Below, piece after piece: positions 8,719 through 18,094 of a DNA stretch of 64,000 nt (its first letter is position 1; every line of letters begins with the position of its first letter). Location: positions 32,001-96,000 of the forward strand of contig CAWBOS010000013.1 of NCBI GenBank assembly GCA_963790475.1, read 5' to 3'. The notes below the pieces were generated by a model that saw only the letters and a list, made by a program, of their open reading frames with translations, ran no database searches and was not told where the DNA came from. The DNA is from an uncultured delta proteobacterium (GTDB lineage: Bacteria > Desulfobacterota > RBG-13-43-22). A program made the translations under genes and the position numbers.

Positions 8719-9606
8719 ATGATCGATGCGATCCTGAACTGGCGGCGATTTTTGAAGCGAAGGAACTGTTCGCCCCATTGCCTGAAGAACTATCTGAACC
8801 TCATTAAACACTTTGTCATCTGGTTGGATGTGCCGGTGGAGGAGGTTACCTCTGCGGTCGTCTCCCGCTACATTGAGCATCTGATGAGGAAGAGACTGGC
8901 GCCCAAGACGGTCAACTGTCACTTAAACGGCATCCGCCAGTTCTACCATTATCTGCGGGACGAAGAAGGTCTGACCATCACCAATCCCATCAGGAAGCAT
9001 CACTTCCAGAAGATGTCCAGGCCCCTTCCCCGGCACCTGAGAGATGAACAGGTGGAGACCTTCTTCCAGGCCATCAAGGGGGCCCGCGACCGGGCCATGT
9101 TCATGCTTATGCTTAGATGCGGGTTACGGGTGGAAGAAGTCGCCCATCTCACCATAGGCGTCATCGACGTCAAGCGCAGGACCATCCTGGTGGAAGACGG
9201 CAAGGGTGGAAAAGACCGGGTCGTCTATATGAGTCATGATGCCCTTCAGGCCCTGACCGCCTATCTGAGGGTGAGGCCTCTATCCAGAGCCAGTAGGATC
9301 TTTCTGGCGGAAAAGGCTCCCTGTAAGGGACAGCCCATTTCCATTCGTGGCATTCAGAGGCGCATGGAATATTATGCCCGCCAAGCGAAGCTCAAGGTGT
9401 CCTGTCATCATCTTCGACACACCATGGCCACCCAGCTGCTCAACGCTGATGCCGATCTCTGCACCATCCAGGATCTCTTGGGTCATAGCAATGTGAAAAC
9501 CACGCAACGGTACTGCCGGATATCAAACCTGAAAGTGCAGAGAGACTACTTCAAGGCCATGGAGGTGATCAGGCTACAAACGGCTGGCAACCCAAATAAT
9601 CCTTGA
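8719..9606 (+). CDS. tyrosine recombinase/integrase B (XerD-like)
   Basis: CGLRVEE, GKGGKDR, HHLRHTMAT, LGH, QRYC. Confidence 0.9.
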   Translation: MIDAILNWRRFLKRRNCSPHCLKNYLNLIKHFVIWLDVPVEEVTSAVVSRYIEHLMRKRLAPKTVNCHLNGIRQFYHYLRDEEGLTITNPIRKHHFQKMSRPLPRHLRDEQVETFFQAIKGARDRAMFMLMLRCGLRVEEVAHLTIGVIDVKRRTILVEDGKGGKDRVVYMSHDALQALTAYLRVRPLSRASRIFLAEKAPCKGQPISIRGIQRRMEYYARQAKLKVSCHHLRHTMATQLLNADADLCTIQDLLGHSNVKTTQRYCRISNLKVQRDYFKAMEVIRLQTAGNPNNP

Positions 9607-9825
9607 CAAAAGAACTAAACTATGAAATTTTAAACAGTACCTAACCCATTAACTTCAATAAGAAAATCAGATTTTAGTACGTATAGCTTCCTGTAGTCTT
9701 GTAAGTTCCATTTGTGAAAAATCCAAAGACTTCAAATACAAATCAATTTGCAAGGTCCATTCCTGCAAAGTCCCTTTTTCTTCAGAAGCCCCCTCTGTAC
9801 CCTTTCCTTGGCCCCTTTTTTCGCC

Positions 9826-9853
9826 TTGACCGCGTTCTTTTTCTTGTTATAAT
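9826..9853 (+). promoter_or_regulatory. promoter pointing toward the attI-like site (Pc-like)
   Basis: TTGACC-N16-TATAAT with extended -10 TGnTATAAT. Confidence 0.5.
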
Positions 9854-9975
9854 CAGACCATCAAAAAGAAACTTTTATCATACGCTTGAGGCATATCATC
9901 CCTCCCTTTGTTGGATCATATACCTTATATTGACATGATATTTTGGGGCTGTTAAACCATTTTTTTGAGGCATAG

Positions 9976-11634
9976 GAGTCTGTCGGACTTAAATGTTTTA
10001 TAGTCAAAATTTTATTTAAGAAGAGAAAAATCTCTTGGTTAAATCTAAGTTTTATGGTAGAATATAAAACTAATTCAATAAGTTAAATTAACATTTTTTA
10101 TAATTTTATGACCACACCAAGAGAGCCACATGAACCCTCCACGATTTAAGTGTTGTGACCGTGACACCCTATACCTTTTGCCTCCCTCTATCCACGATTG
10201 GCTTCCGGAAAATCATCTGGCCCGTTTTATTGTGGAGGTAGTAATCAAACTTGATTTAAGGCCTATTGAAAATGCGTACAATGGCCGGGGTTCCGATGCC
10301 TATTCTCCTGCTATGATGCTGGCCTTGCTTTTTTACGGTTATGCGACCGGGGTTTTCTCCAGCCGCAAACTGGAATTGGCCACCTATGAGTCGGTAGCTT
10401 TTCGTTATATTACCGCCAACCAGCATCCGGATCATGACACCATTGCTGGTTTCCGGAAACGTTTTTTGGAGGAATTAAAGCCGCTATTCACCCAAATCCT
10501 GATGATTGCCCAAACTATGGGTATAGTCAAGTTGGGCCAGGTGGCTTTAGACGGAACCAAAATCAAAGCCAATGCCTCCAAACATAAGGCCTTGAGTTGG
10601 GATCATGCCTGTAAACTGGAACAACAGATCCGGGCCGAGGTCGATGCGCTCTTACGTCAGGCCGAAGCAGCGGAACGAGAAGAGATTCCTGACGGGATGA
10701 ACATCCCGGAGGAATTGGGTCGAAGAGAAAAACGCCTTCAGACTATTGACCTGGCCAAGCAAGAGATCGAACGTCGCGCTGCGGAGCGTTATGCCAAAGA
10801 ACAAGAAATCTACGACCAGAAGAGGGCCGCCCGTAAAGCCAAAGAGCAAGAAAGTGGTAAAAAACCCAAGGGACGTAAACCTGAACCACCCGAGCCCGGT
10901 CCTAAAAAAAACGACCAAATGAATCTAACCGATGAAGACTCCCGGATTATGCCTGCTGCCGGAGGAACCTTTGAACAAGCTTACAACGCTCAAGCCGGCG
11001 TGGATCTGAATACCATGCTCATCGTAGAAAATCATGTCACTCAACAACCCAATGACAAGCAAGAAATTGAAAATACCTTGGGAAATCTGACTTCCTTACC
11101 AAACCAGTTAGGCACGGTTGACACATTAGTAGCCGACTCAGGCTATTTTAGCGAAACCAATCTGAATAAGTGTGAAGCCGAGCAGATCACCCCCTATATT
11201 GCTGTAAATCGTGAAGAACACAATATTCCCTTAGAAGAACGTTTTGCCCGGCCTGAACCTTTACCGGAAGATGCTGATGTGCTGACCCGAATGAAGCATC
11301 GGCTAAAAACACCCGAGGGCAAAAAGATATACGCCCAGCGGAAAAGCACGGTCGAACCGGTATTTGGCATCATCAAGGCCATCATGGGCTTTCGACAATT
11401 TTTCCTTCGAGGGTTAACAGCGGTCAGTGGTGAATGGAACTTAGTCTGCATGGCCTACAATTTAAAAAGAATGCATATCTTAGCCCATTAATAATAATGA
11501 CCGAGCAATTGCAAGGAAAAATTGTCGAAAAAAGCTTGATATCTTTATTGTTGAACTAAAAACCCCTTTGATCCTCTAAGAAAAAATCCGATCCCTTTTG
11601 TATAATAATTATGAGTTTCAAGACCGACAAACTC
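9976..11634 (+). mobile_element. IS1182-family insertion sequence with CATAG target duplication
   Basis: IRs gagtctgtcggactt / aagaccgacaaactc; catag at 9971-9975 and 11635-11639. Confidence 0.9.
10130..11491 (+). CDS. IS1182-family transposase
   Basis: LLPPS..DWLPENHLARF, ALDGTKIKANAS, ADSGY, RKSTVEPVFG.IK. Confidence 0.92.
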   Translation: MNPPRFKCCDRDTLYLLPPSIHDWLPENHLARFIVEVVIKLDLRPIENAYNGRGSDAYSPAMMLALLFYGYATGVFSSRKLELATYESVAFRYITANQHPDHDTIAGFRKRFLEELKPLFTQILMIAQTMGIVKLGQVALDGTKIKANASKHKALSWDHACKLEQQIRAEVDALLRQAEAAEREEIPDGMNIPEELGRREKRLQTIDLAKQEIERRAAERYAKEQEIYDQKRAARKAKEQESGKKPKGRKPEPPEPGPKKNDQMNLTDEDSRIMPAAGGTFEQAYNAQAGVDLNTMLIVENHVTQQPNDKQEIENTLGNLTSLPNQLGTVDTLVADSGYFSETNLNKCEAEQITPYIAVNREEHNIPLEERFARPEPLPEDADVLTRMKHRLKTPEGKKIYAQRKSTVEPVFGIIKAIMGFRQFFLRGLTAVSGEWNLVCMAYNLKRMHILAH

Positions 11635-11675
11635 CATAGCATCCAGGAATGAGTGAAAAAGGGATGCTATTTTTG

Positions 11676-13650
11676 GTAGAGTAGAGAGCTGGAACCTGAC
11701 TGGTGCCACTTTTGGTCTTTCCGATGCACGCATCTACTACGAGCTATAGTGGTCAGCCGGGGCCAGCCCTCCCTCATCAAACCGTGCATGCGGTTTTCCC
11801 GCACACGGCTTTCCGATGTCCTTCACCGCAGGGCATGCGCTTTGTCCAGCCCGCCGAAGTCGGCACCTTGTAGAGACCGTACTTCTCGTATAGCGCCCTT
11901 CGTTTGAACCTGAGATACCCCATCTTTCTATCTCTGACCTTGTGCCGCTTTCGCAGGTGTGTGATCAACCGCTCTTCCACATGCCCCCGTATCCGAGCCA
12001 GTGTGGTACTGCAATTGCGGTAATGAAAGTAGCCGACCCATCCCCGCACGGTGGCGTTAACTTCATTCACCACCCACTCGATAGGCATAATGGTTCGGGA
12101 TCGATCCGTAATTGCCGTCACTCGGTCTTTGATAGATTGTATGGCTTTCTTTGAAGGTTGGACGTGAGGGTAGTACTTCCCCGTTCTATTGCTCCGTCCC
12201 ATCCGGATCGTATATCCAAGGAAGTTGTAACTCCCTTTGTAGGCATTGACGGTCTTCGTCTTGGCCTCGTTCAGGGTAAGCCCCAGTTTCGCCAGTATCC
12301 GTCGCAGCATCTGCATCGGGCGTTCGGTTCCGCACCGGCAGAGGACAACAATATCGTCCGCATAGCGCACGATCCGTGCCCCGAGTTTCTTCTCCAACTG
12401 ATGCCGTTCCCATATCCTGTCCATTAGATGCAGGTACAGGTTCGCCAATATTGGTGAGATTACCCCCCCTTGCGGGGTGCCTTGACGGTTTTCCTTGCCA
12501 CCGCCGATGTTCTTTTTCTTTCCATCCTGGTCCACTTCCATGACCGGGGCTTTGAGCCACATCTTGATGATGCGCAATATCTCACCATCACTGATCCGCT
12601 CGGCAACTACAGCCAGGAGGTTGGCGTGGGGAATGGTATCGAAGTATTTGCTCAGATCGGCGTCGATGATCTCCGTGTACCCTCTATGCATGGCCGAGGC
12701 TACATCATCAACGGCGTCGTGGGCTGACTTCCTGGGCCTAAACCCGTATGAGCTGTCGCAAAAGTCTGCTTCAAAGATCGGTTCGATGACCAGCTTTACG
12801 GCCATCTGGGCTACCCGGTCCCGTATCGTCGGTATACCCAATGGCCTTTTGTCACCGTTGGCCTTGGGTATCATCACCCGCTTTACCGGGTCCGGTCGAT
12901 AAGTCTTGCTCTTCAGTGCTTCTTCCAACTCCGCCATAAAGGCGGTTATCCCTTCTTCCGTCTCGATAGCCTCAAAGGTAACTCCGTCTATTCCGGCGCT
13001 CCCTTTATTGGCCCGGACAAGACTGTAGGCATGACTGAGAATGTCCGCCCGGTACACCTTGTCATATAAGGCGTAGAAACGATAGGCTTTCTCCTGCTTG
13101 GCCTTCCGGTAGAGCTTCCTCTGTAGTGTCCTGATACTTTCCGGGGTTGTTAGCATCGCTGCAATCCCCTCTCCCTCCACTCTTCGGTTACTTGAACAAA
13201 GCAGGGTCCCTTCCCTCGGGCCGGGTTTTGTTGTCCCTTGCCCTCAAGCGGTACTATGAACCCCTCCGACTCCCGATACGGCCCAATACGATTTCGTCTC
13301 CTTATACGTATCGGTTGATGTTCCTCTTCCATCACCTCATCGGGTCTCCAGCACTGGACTGTTTATCTTCCACCGCATGCCGTCCTTGCTACCCCGGAAG
13401 ATCTCAAAGGCTGCTTCCGTTTTCCAAGCCCTTAACATCGGCCTTCCCCATATGTCCACTGGGTCGGCATCTTCACTTTATATTTACGAGGCTACCTATT
13501 GGTTCATTTCCATTACGGCCTGTGGCTTTGCCAATTGGGAACTTACGACCCCCGGTTACCCGAACGCCGCTCCCTTGATCTACCGGGGTGAACGGACAAC
13601 TCCCCGGACGGGACTTTAACCCGTAAGTGTAAACAGTTGTTACTGCGTAC
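11676..13650 (-). mobile_element. group II intron (5' GTACG..., 3' ...CTCTAC)
   Basis: Domain V AAGCCGTGTGCGGGAAAACCGCATGCACGGTTTGA at ~11777-11812; 3' end ...CTCTCTACTCTAC; 5' end GTACGCAGTAACAAC; encodes an RT. Confidence 0.88.
11777..13156 (-). CDS. ltrA: group II intron reverse transcriptase/maturase (no endonuclease domain)
   Basis: RPLGIPTIRDR, SYGFRP, GTPQGGVISPILAN, RYADD, domain X GWVGYF; likely start MLTTPES. Confidence 0.93.
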   Translation of the reverse strand: MLTTPESIRTLQRKLYRKAKQEKAYRFYALYDKVYRADILSHAYSLVRANKGSAGIDGVTFEAIETEEGITAFMAELEEALKSKTYRPDPVKRVMIPKANGDKRPLGIPTIRDRVAQMAVKLVIEPIFEADFCDSSYGFRPRKSAHDAVDDVASAMHRGYTEIIDADLSKYFDTIPHANLLAVVAERISDGEILRIIKMWLKAPVMEVDQDGKKKNIGGGKENRQGTPQGGVISPILANLYLHLMDRIWERHQLEKKLGARIVRYADDIVVLCRCGTERPMQMLRRILAKLGLTLNEAKTKTVNAYKGSYNFLGYTIRMGRSNRTGKYYPHVQPSKKAIQSIKDRVTAITDRSRTIMPIEWVVNEVNATVRGWVGYFHYRNCSTTLARIRGHVEERLITHLRKRHKVRDRKMGYLRFKRRALYEKYGLYKVPTSAGWTKRMPCGEGHRKAVCGKTACTV

Positions 13651-13671
13651 AGGCATAATATTATGTTGGGC
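13651..13671 (+). other. attI-like integron recombination site (L box GCATAAT, 5-bp spacer, G|TTGGGC)
   Basis: aggcataat-attat-GTTGGGC; TTGGGC is complementary to the R'' GCCCAA of the downstream attC. Confidence 0.65.
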
Positions 13672-13691
13672 TCAAGGAGAATGACTGAAAA

Positions 13692-14558
13692 ATGACGGAA
13701 CATATGCCAACTCGAAACGAAGTACTCGATGCAATTCGTAGAGCTGGACAAGCTCTTGGTCAACCATTGTCACGCTCCAAGTTTCGTTCACACTCAGGAA
13801 TGACTGAATATCAAGTGCTGACGCACTTCCAAAGTTGGAGAGCAGCACTTAAAGCAGCCGGAATGCAATCTGATGATACAAACATACGTATTGATGATGT
13901 TGAACTACTTCAAGATTGGGGGGAGTTAGTCCGGAAGAATCGAGAAATACCAACAAGACATCAATACAGACGCGAAGGCAATTTCGGTGTTAATACCTTC
14001 GCAAGTCACTTTGGTCCATGGTCCTCGATTCCTGACTCTTTCCGAAGGTTCGCTATGGGCAAACCTGAATGGGCTGATGTTATTGCCCTCATGCCTCAGC
14101 CCCCGTCTCAACTACCAACTCCATCACAGCAAAACGAAATAGCACCCGAAATTAACGTATTTCCATCACTCCCGTCTGGCGTTCATCCTACCAAGTTAGA
14201 CAGTAGCCCAACCTATGGGAATCCAATTGACTTTCGGGGCATGAGGCATGAACCAATAAATGAAAACGGTGTAATTTTTCTTTTTGGTATGGTGGCAATG
14301 GAACTTGGATATTATGTTGAGGCTGTTCAAGCAGGTTTCCCAGACTGCGAAGCCAAGAGGCAGATTTCCGCCGGAAAATGGCAACGCGTCCGTATTGAAT
14401 TTGAATACGAAAGCCGCAATTTCAGAGATCACGGACATTCGCCCCAAGGCTGTGACCTTATCGTCTGTTGGCGTCACAATTGGTCTGATTCTCCACAAAC
14501 AATTGAGATCCTGGAACTTATGCAAGTGATCAAACAATTATCAAAATCTGATGACTGA
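13692..14558 (+). CDS. cassette gene: two homing-endonuclease-associated repeats plus PD-(D/E)XK-like nuclease domain
   Basis: Repeats ..HFQSWRAAL.. and ..HFGPWS..; C-terminal GFPDC...RIEFEYES...CDLIVCWRHNW. Confidence 0.7.
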   Translation: MTEHMPTRNEVLDAIRRAGQALGQPLSRSKFRSHSGMTEYQVLTHFQSWRAALKAAGMQSDDTNIRIDDVELLQDWGELVRKNREIPTRHQYRREGNFGVNTFASHFGPWSSIPDSFRRFAMGKPEWADVIALMPQPPSQLPTPSQQNEIAPEINVFPSLPSGVHPTKLDSSPTYGNPIDFRGMRHEPINENGVIFLFGMVAMELGYYVEAVQAGFPDCEAKRQISAGKWQRVRIEFEYESRNFRDHGHSPQGCDLIVCWRHNWSDSPQTIEILELMQVIKQLSKSDD

Positions 14559-14563
14559 CATAA

Positions 14564-14620
14564 GCCCAACAAGCAAATCCACCGGACCCTCGTTCCTCGG
14601 GCCGGTGATTATTTCGTTAA
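14564..14620 (+). other. attC site (59 bp when reconstituted), R' box interrupted by IS1634
   Basis: R'' GCCCAAC, 5-bp spacer, L'' aatcCacc, ccggAccc/gggccgg, L' ggtgatt, atttc, then GTTAA[IS]TC; both extra bases are present. Confidence 0.88.
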
Positions 14621-16603
14621 CCCATCTTCCGCAGTTAGAAAGCATGGAAGACGCGATATCAAATAGTTACGACAAGAATTAGGGCATTTTCTTCACTACA
14701 TTTTCAATAATTTTTGGTTTGTTGGGGAGCAGAATTTTCAATCTCTGAAGCAGCACTTTGAGTTCCTTTGAGGGAGTAGCCACCATTCTGAGCCGGAGGG
14801 TTCTCTCCCGCGCCGGTAGTAGCACATCCAAAGATTTCAATTCCCGCAACTCCTCCAACAGCTTTCTTGGGGCGGTACCGAGTCCCGAGGCTTTCATCCA
14901 TTGCTGGAGCGTTCGCCACATAGTCAGCGCCAAGAAGCAGACCAGGATATGAGCCTGGGTCCGTTCCTGTTTTTGATGGAAGATCGGTCGCATTCCCAGA
15001 TCATGTTTCTCGGTACGGAATGAATCTTCCACTTCCGTCAGTTGGATGTAGGTATTCCATAGGACTTTCGGGTCACTTTCGGTCCAGTTGGTGCGCAGGA
15101 TGTAGCTACCGCCGGTCTCCAAGGCCCACTGTTGCCGTTGTTCGTTCTTCTTGACTTCTAGGGAAAGCGGTGCGTCTTTTCCGGTACCGGTCTCTATGAC
15201 TGTAATATTGAACAACGAGGCCGCACGTTTATTTTGTTCCAGCAGTCGCCCTATTCTCCGCTCGACTTTCTGCTTGTCTCGGAGCTTGCCGGTTTCGGCC
15301 TGGCGGGCCAGGTGATCCAGTTGGCTTTCCAGTCGGGTCAAAAAGTGGTTTAGAATGGCGTTTTCTTTCTCCTTCCGGCCTTGAGACCGGCACAGGACAA
15401 AGATTTCATCCGTTCCTTCCGGCGAGCAACAGAGCTTGACCTCAACATCAGGTTGGACCGCTTCCCAGTTCTGTTCGAAAAGCTGCTGCTCAAACTTCTT
15501 CAGCATCACTTTTGGGGTGCCGACCAAATAGCGGGCACCGACTTTGCGCATAAACTCCAGATTCTCCTCACTCACCATGCCGCGATCCATAACCCAGATC
15601 CGGTTGGCTTGGCCGTATTTGGCCTCCATCATCTGAACCATCTCTTGGGTCGTCGTAACATCCGGTCGATTGCCGTCAAAAACCTCAAAGGCTATGGGAA
15701 AGCCCTCTCGGGTGGCCACCAGGCCGATGCAGACCTGGGGACAATCTGGACGACTGTCCCGGCTGTAACCCCTCTTGGCCTGGGCATTGCCCTTGGCGGT
15801 CCCCTCAAAATAGGTGGAGGTTATGTCATAAAACAAAAAATCAAAGCTACTGCCGAACAGTTCCCCATAACGCTCCTGAAGGTGACGGCTTAAGGCATCC
15901 TTGTGGGGAAGCAAGGCATCCAGGGCACGATAAAGCCGATCCTCATTGATCTTATAGTCGGCCACTCCCAGCAGATCGTCTAAGGCCGTCTGGCCATACC
16001 AAAACTCGGCCATCTGTAATTCCGACGATGGGGCGCAAAAGCGTCCAAGAACTAAAATAGACGCCATGATCGACCAAGGAATCTCTTCCCGGTTGGAAGG
16101 AATATGATCTCGGCAGAACCTGGCAAGCCCCAGTTTGTTCCACAAAAGCAACCCCAAATAGACATCGCCGAAGCCTCTGAGTCGCTCGACGCTTACGCCA
16201 TGGATATTGACCGTGGCCCAAGATGGGGGGTCTTCCCCCTGCTCAAACAGTTCAGGTCCAGGTAGAGGCTTTCCGGAAAGAATCCGTCCGATCTCCTCCC
16301 AACCTATCCGCTCTTCCCGATCAAGGCCAGGAAGTTTCCCTATCGTCGCCACTACTCGCTGACGGGGCCCTCGGGCAGTACGGACCGACTCAACTAAAAG
16401 CCAGCTCTCGTACTCCGCTCCACCTTTCTTTTTGGTCGCACGCCGGAGATACATAACCCCATTATCTCCGTTCCCACAGCACCTGGCAAGGGGGTGGTCT
16501 TCACTACATCCAATTTTCAAAGATCAGGACTTGAAATCATTTAACAATTCCTAACAATTCATCACGTTTTTCTTGATTTTTTCTCCAAACTGCGGAAGAT
16601 GGG
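14621..16603 (-). mobile_element. IS1634-family insertion sequence, copy 2, with TTAA target duplication
   Basis: Near-identical to 4675-6657; ttaa at 14617-14620 and 16604-16607. Confidence 0.92.
14679..16454 (-). CDS. IS1634-family DDE transposase
   Basis: Protein identical to copy 1 in the ORF track. Confidence 0.9.
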   Translation of the reverse strand: MYLRRATKKKGGAEYESWLLVESVRTARGPRQRVVATIGKLPGLDREERIGWEEIGRILSGKPLPGPELFEQGEDPPSWATVNIHGVSVERLRGFGDVYLGLLLWNKLGLARFCRDHIPSNREEIPWSIMASILVLGRFCAPSSELQMAEFWYGQTALDDLLGVADYKINEDRLYRALDALLPHKDALSRHLQERYGELFGSSFDFLFYDITSTYFEGTAKGNAQAKRGYSRDSRPDCPQVCIGLVATREGFPIAFEVFDGNRPDVTTTQEMVQMMEAKYGQANRIWVMDRGMVSEENLEFMRKVGARYLVGTPKVMLKKFEQQLFEQNWEAVQPDVEVKLCCSPEGTDEIFVLCRSQGRKEKENAILNHFLTRLESQLDHLARQAETGKLRDKQKVERRIGRLLEQNKRAASLFNITVIETGTGKDAPLSLEVKKNEQRQQWALETGGSYILRTNWTESDPKVLWNTYIQLTEVEDSFRTEKHDLGMRPIFHQKQERTQAHILVCFLALTMWRTLQQWMKASGLGTAPRKLLEELRELKSLDVLLPARERTLRLRMVATPSKELKVLLQRLKILLPNKPKIIENVVKKMP

Positions 16604-16924
16604 TTAATCACTCTTTCAAACGGAAATCATCAAATTTTTGTGTTTGATGGCCTCCAAATTAGTAGGTGGAAGTTCTGATAGAATTACGACATCGATATAT
16701 TTTCTTCCCATTGCCCATTCTCATCTTTCCGGGCGAGCCAAAGCTTGAAAAAGGCCCGATATTCGGGCCTTTTTCTTCAATATCACTGCCCTTGACTTTG
16801 CCATTTTCTTCCTTGACCCTATTTCTTCATTACCTTATACTCGGTTTATCCTGATAACTTCTGATCAATAAAGAGTTTTTCACTATTAAGGGAATTTATC
16901 CGGGCTCGCGGAGGTAATGTTATT

Positions 16925-18094
16925 ATGTATATCACGAATTTAAAGTTGAAAAACTGGCGCAACTTTCATGAAGCGGAGGTCCTTTTAACTCAAACCTCTT
17001 ATATCATCGGGCCGAATGCCTCTGGGAAATCAAACCTTCTTGATGTCCTACGATTTCTCCGCGATGTCTGCAAGCCTGCTGGCGGCGGGCTTCAAAAGGC
17101 AGTGAAGGACCGAGGTGGAATAACTAAGCTCCGCTGTCTTCATGCCCGGCGCGACCCGGAAGTAAAAATTGAGGTCTCTATTTCTGAACGTGTCGATGAT
17201 CCATCCTTTGCCTGGCGGTATATACTAGGTTTGAAGTCGGAAGGTAAGGGTGCTCAACGCCTCATTGTTTCAATCGAGGAGGTCTGGCAAAGGGATAAGC
17301 AGATTCTTAAACGCCCTGATAGCGATGACCTCAAGGATGACCGATTGCTCACGGAAACCCATTTGGAACAGACCAGGGCTAACGCCAATTTCCGAGAAAT
17401 TGTGGATTTCTTTAGTGGTATCACCTACCTCCATCTGGTTCCCCAATTGTTAAAGTATGGTGATAAGATCGGAGGTAACCGGTTGGAAGATGATCCCTTT
17501 GGTCAGGGTTTCCTTGAGAGGGTGGCCAAAAGTCAGGTGAAGACCCGCGAGGCGCGGCTAAAGAAGATTAATGAAGTCCTGTCGATTGCCGTTCCTCAGT
17601 TCAAAGAACTACATTTTGCCCAGGACAAAGTAACTGGAATGCCCCACCTTGAAGCCCTTTATGAGCATTATCGGCCCAATGCGGGATGGCAGCGTGAAGA
17701 TCAGTTCTCAGATGGCACCTTAAGAATCCTGGGTATACTATGGTCTCTTCTCGAAGGAAATTCTTTGCTTCTCATAGAAGAGCCCGAACTTTCACTCCAT
17801 CAAGCTGTGGTAGAACAGTTGCCGGCCCTGATAGAACGTACCCAGCGCTCCAGTAAGCAGCAACGCCGTCAGATTATCATAAGCTCTCACAGCGAGGCAC
17901 TGCTTAGTAACAAAGGTATAGACGCCCGCAGTGTAGTTGTTTTGGAACCCAGTCATGAAGGTACGAAACCCCGCACAGTGAACGAAGCAGAAAAGAAAGG
18001 CCTTGATGCCGGTTTTTCTGTAGCGGAGGTGGTATTGCCCCAAACACGCCCGAAACGAATCGAGCATATGGGGCAGATGAGGCTTTGGGAATGA
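16925..18094 (+). CDS. ABC/AAA_21-type ATPase
   Basis: Walker A GPNASGKS, signature FSDGT, Walker B LLIEEPE, H-loop SSHS. Confidence 0.85.
   Translation: MYITNLKLKNWRNFHEAEVLLTQTSYIIGPNASGKSNLLDVLRFLRDVCKPAGGGLQKAVKDRGGITKLRCLHARRDPEVKIEVSISERVDDPSFAWRYILGLKSEGKGAQRLIVSIEEVWQRDKQILKRPDSDDLKDDRLLTETHLEQTRANANFREIVDFFSGITYLHLVPQLLKYGDKIGGNRLEDDPFGQGFLERVAKSQVKTREARLKKINEVLSIAVPQFKELHFAQDKVTGMPHLEALYEHYRPNAGWQREDQFSDGTLRILGILWSLLEGNSLLLIEEPELSLHQAVVEQLPALIERTQRSSKQQRRQIIISSHSEALLSNKGIDARSVVVLEPSHEGTKPRTVNEAEKKGLDAGFSVAEVVLPQTRPKRIEHMGQMRLWE

Larger units (their letters stand above)
7576..9687 (+). mobile_element. element with two tyrosine recombinases, terminal IRs and a 5-bp TTCCT flanking repeat
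   Basis: IR gctatacgtac(c/t)aaa at both ends; 17-bp subterminal IR tctgattttcttattga (7630-7646 / 9655-9671); ttcct at 7571-7575 and 9688-9692. Confidence 0.8.

Noticed and set aside
11777-13180. Retron, DGR or defence-associated reverse transcriptase
   Set aside because: Domain X, intron domains V/VI and intron termini identify an ordinary group II intron RT.
13651-13671. dif-like site (gcataa..ttatgtt resembles XerC/XerD arms)
   Set aside because: Only 2 bp separate the arms instead of 6. The attI geometry fits better.
4675-16603. Composite transposon formed by the two IS1634 copies
   Set aside because: The outer flanks (CTAG/TTAA) do not match and copy 2 has its own TTAA duplication.
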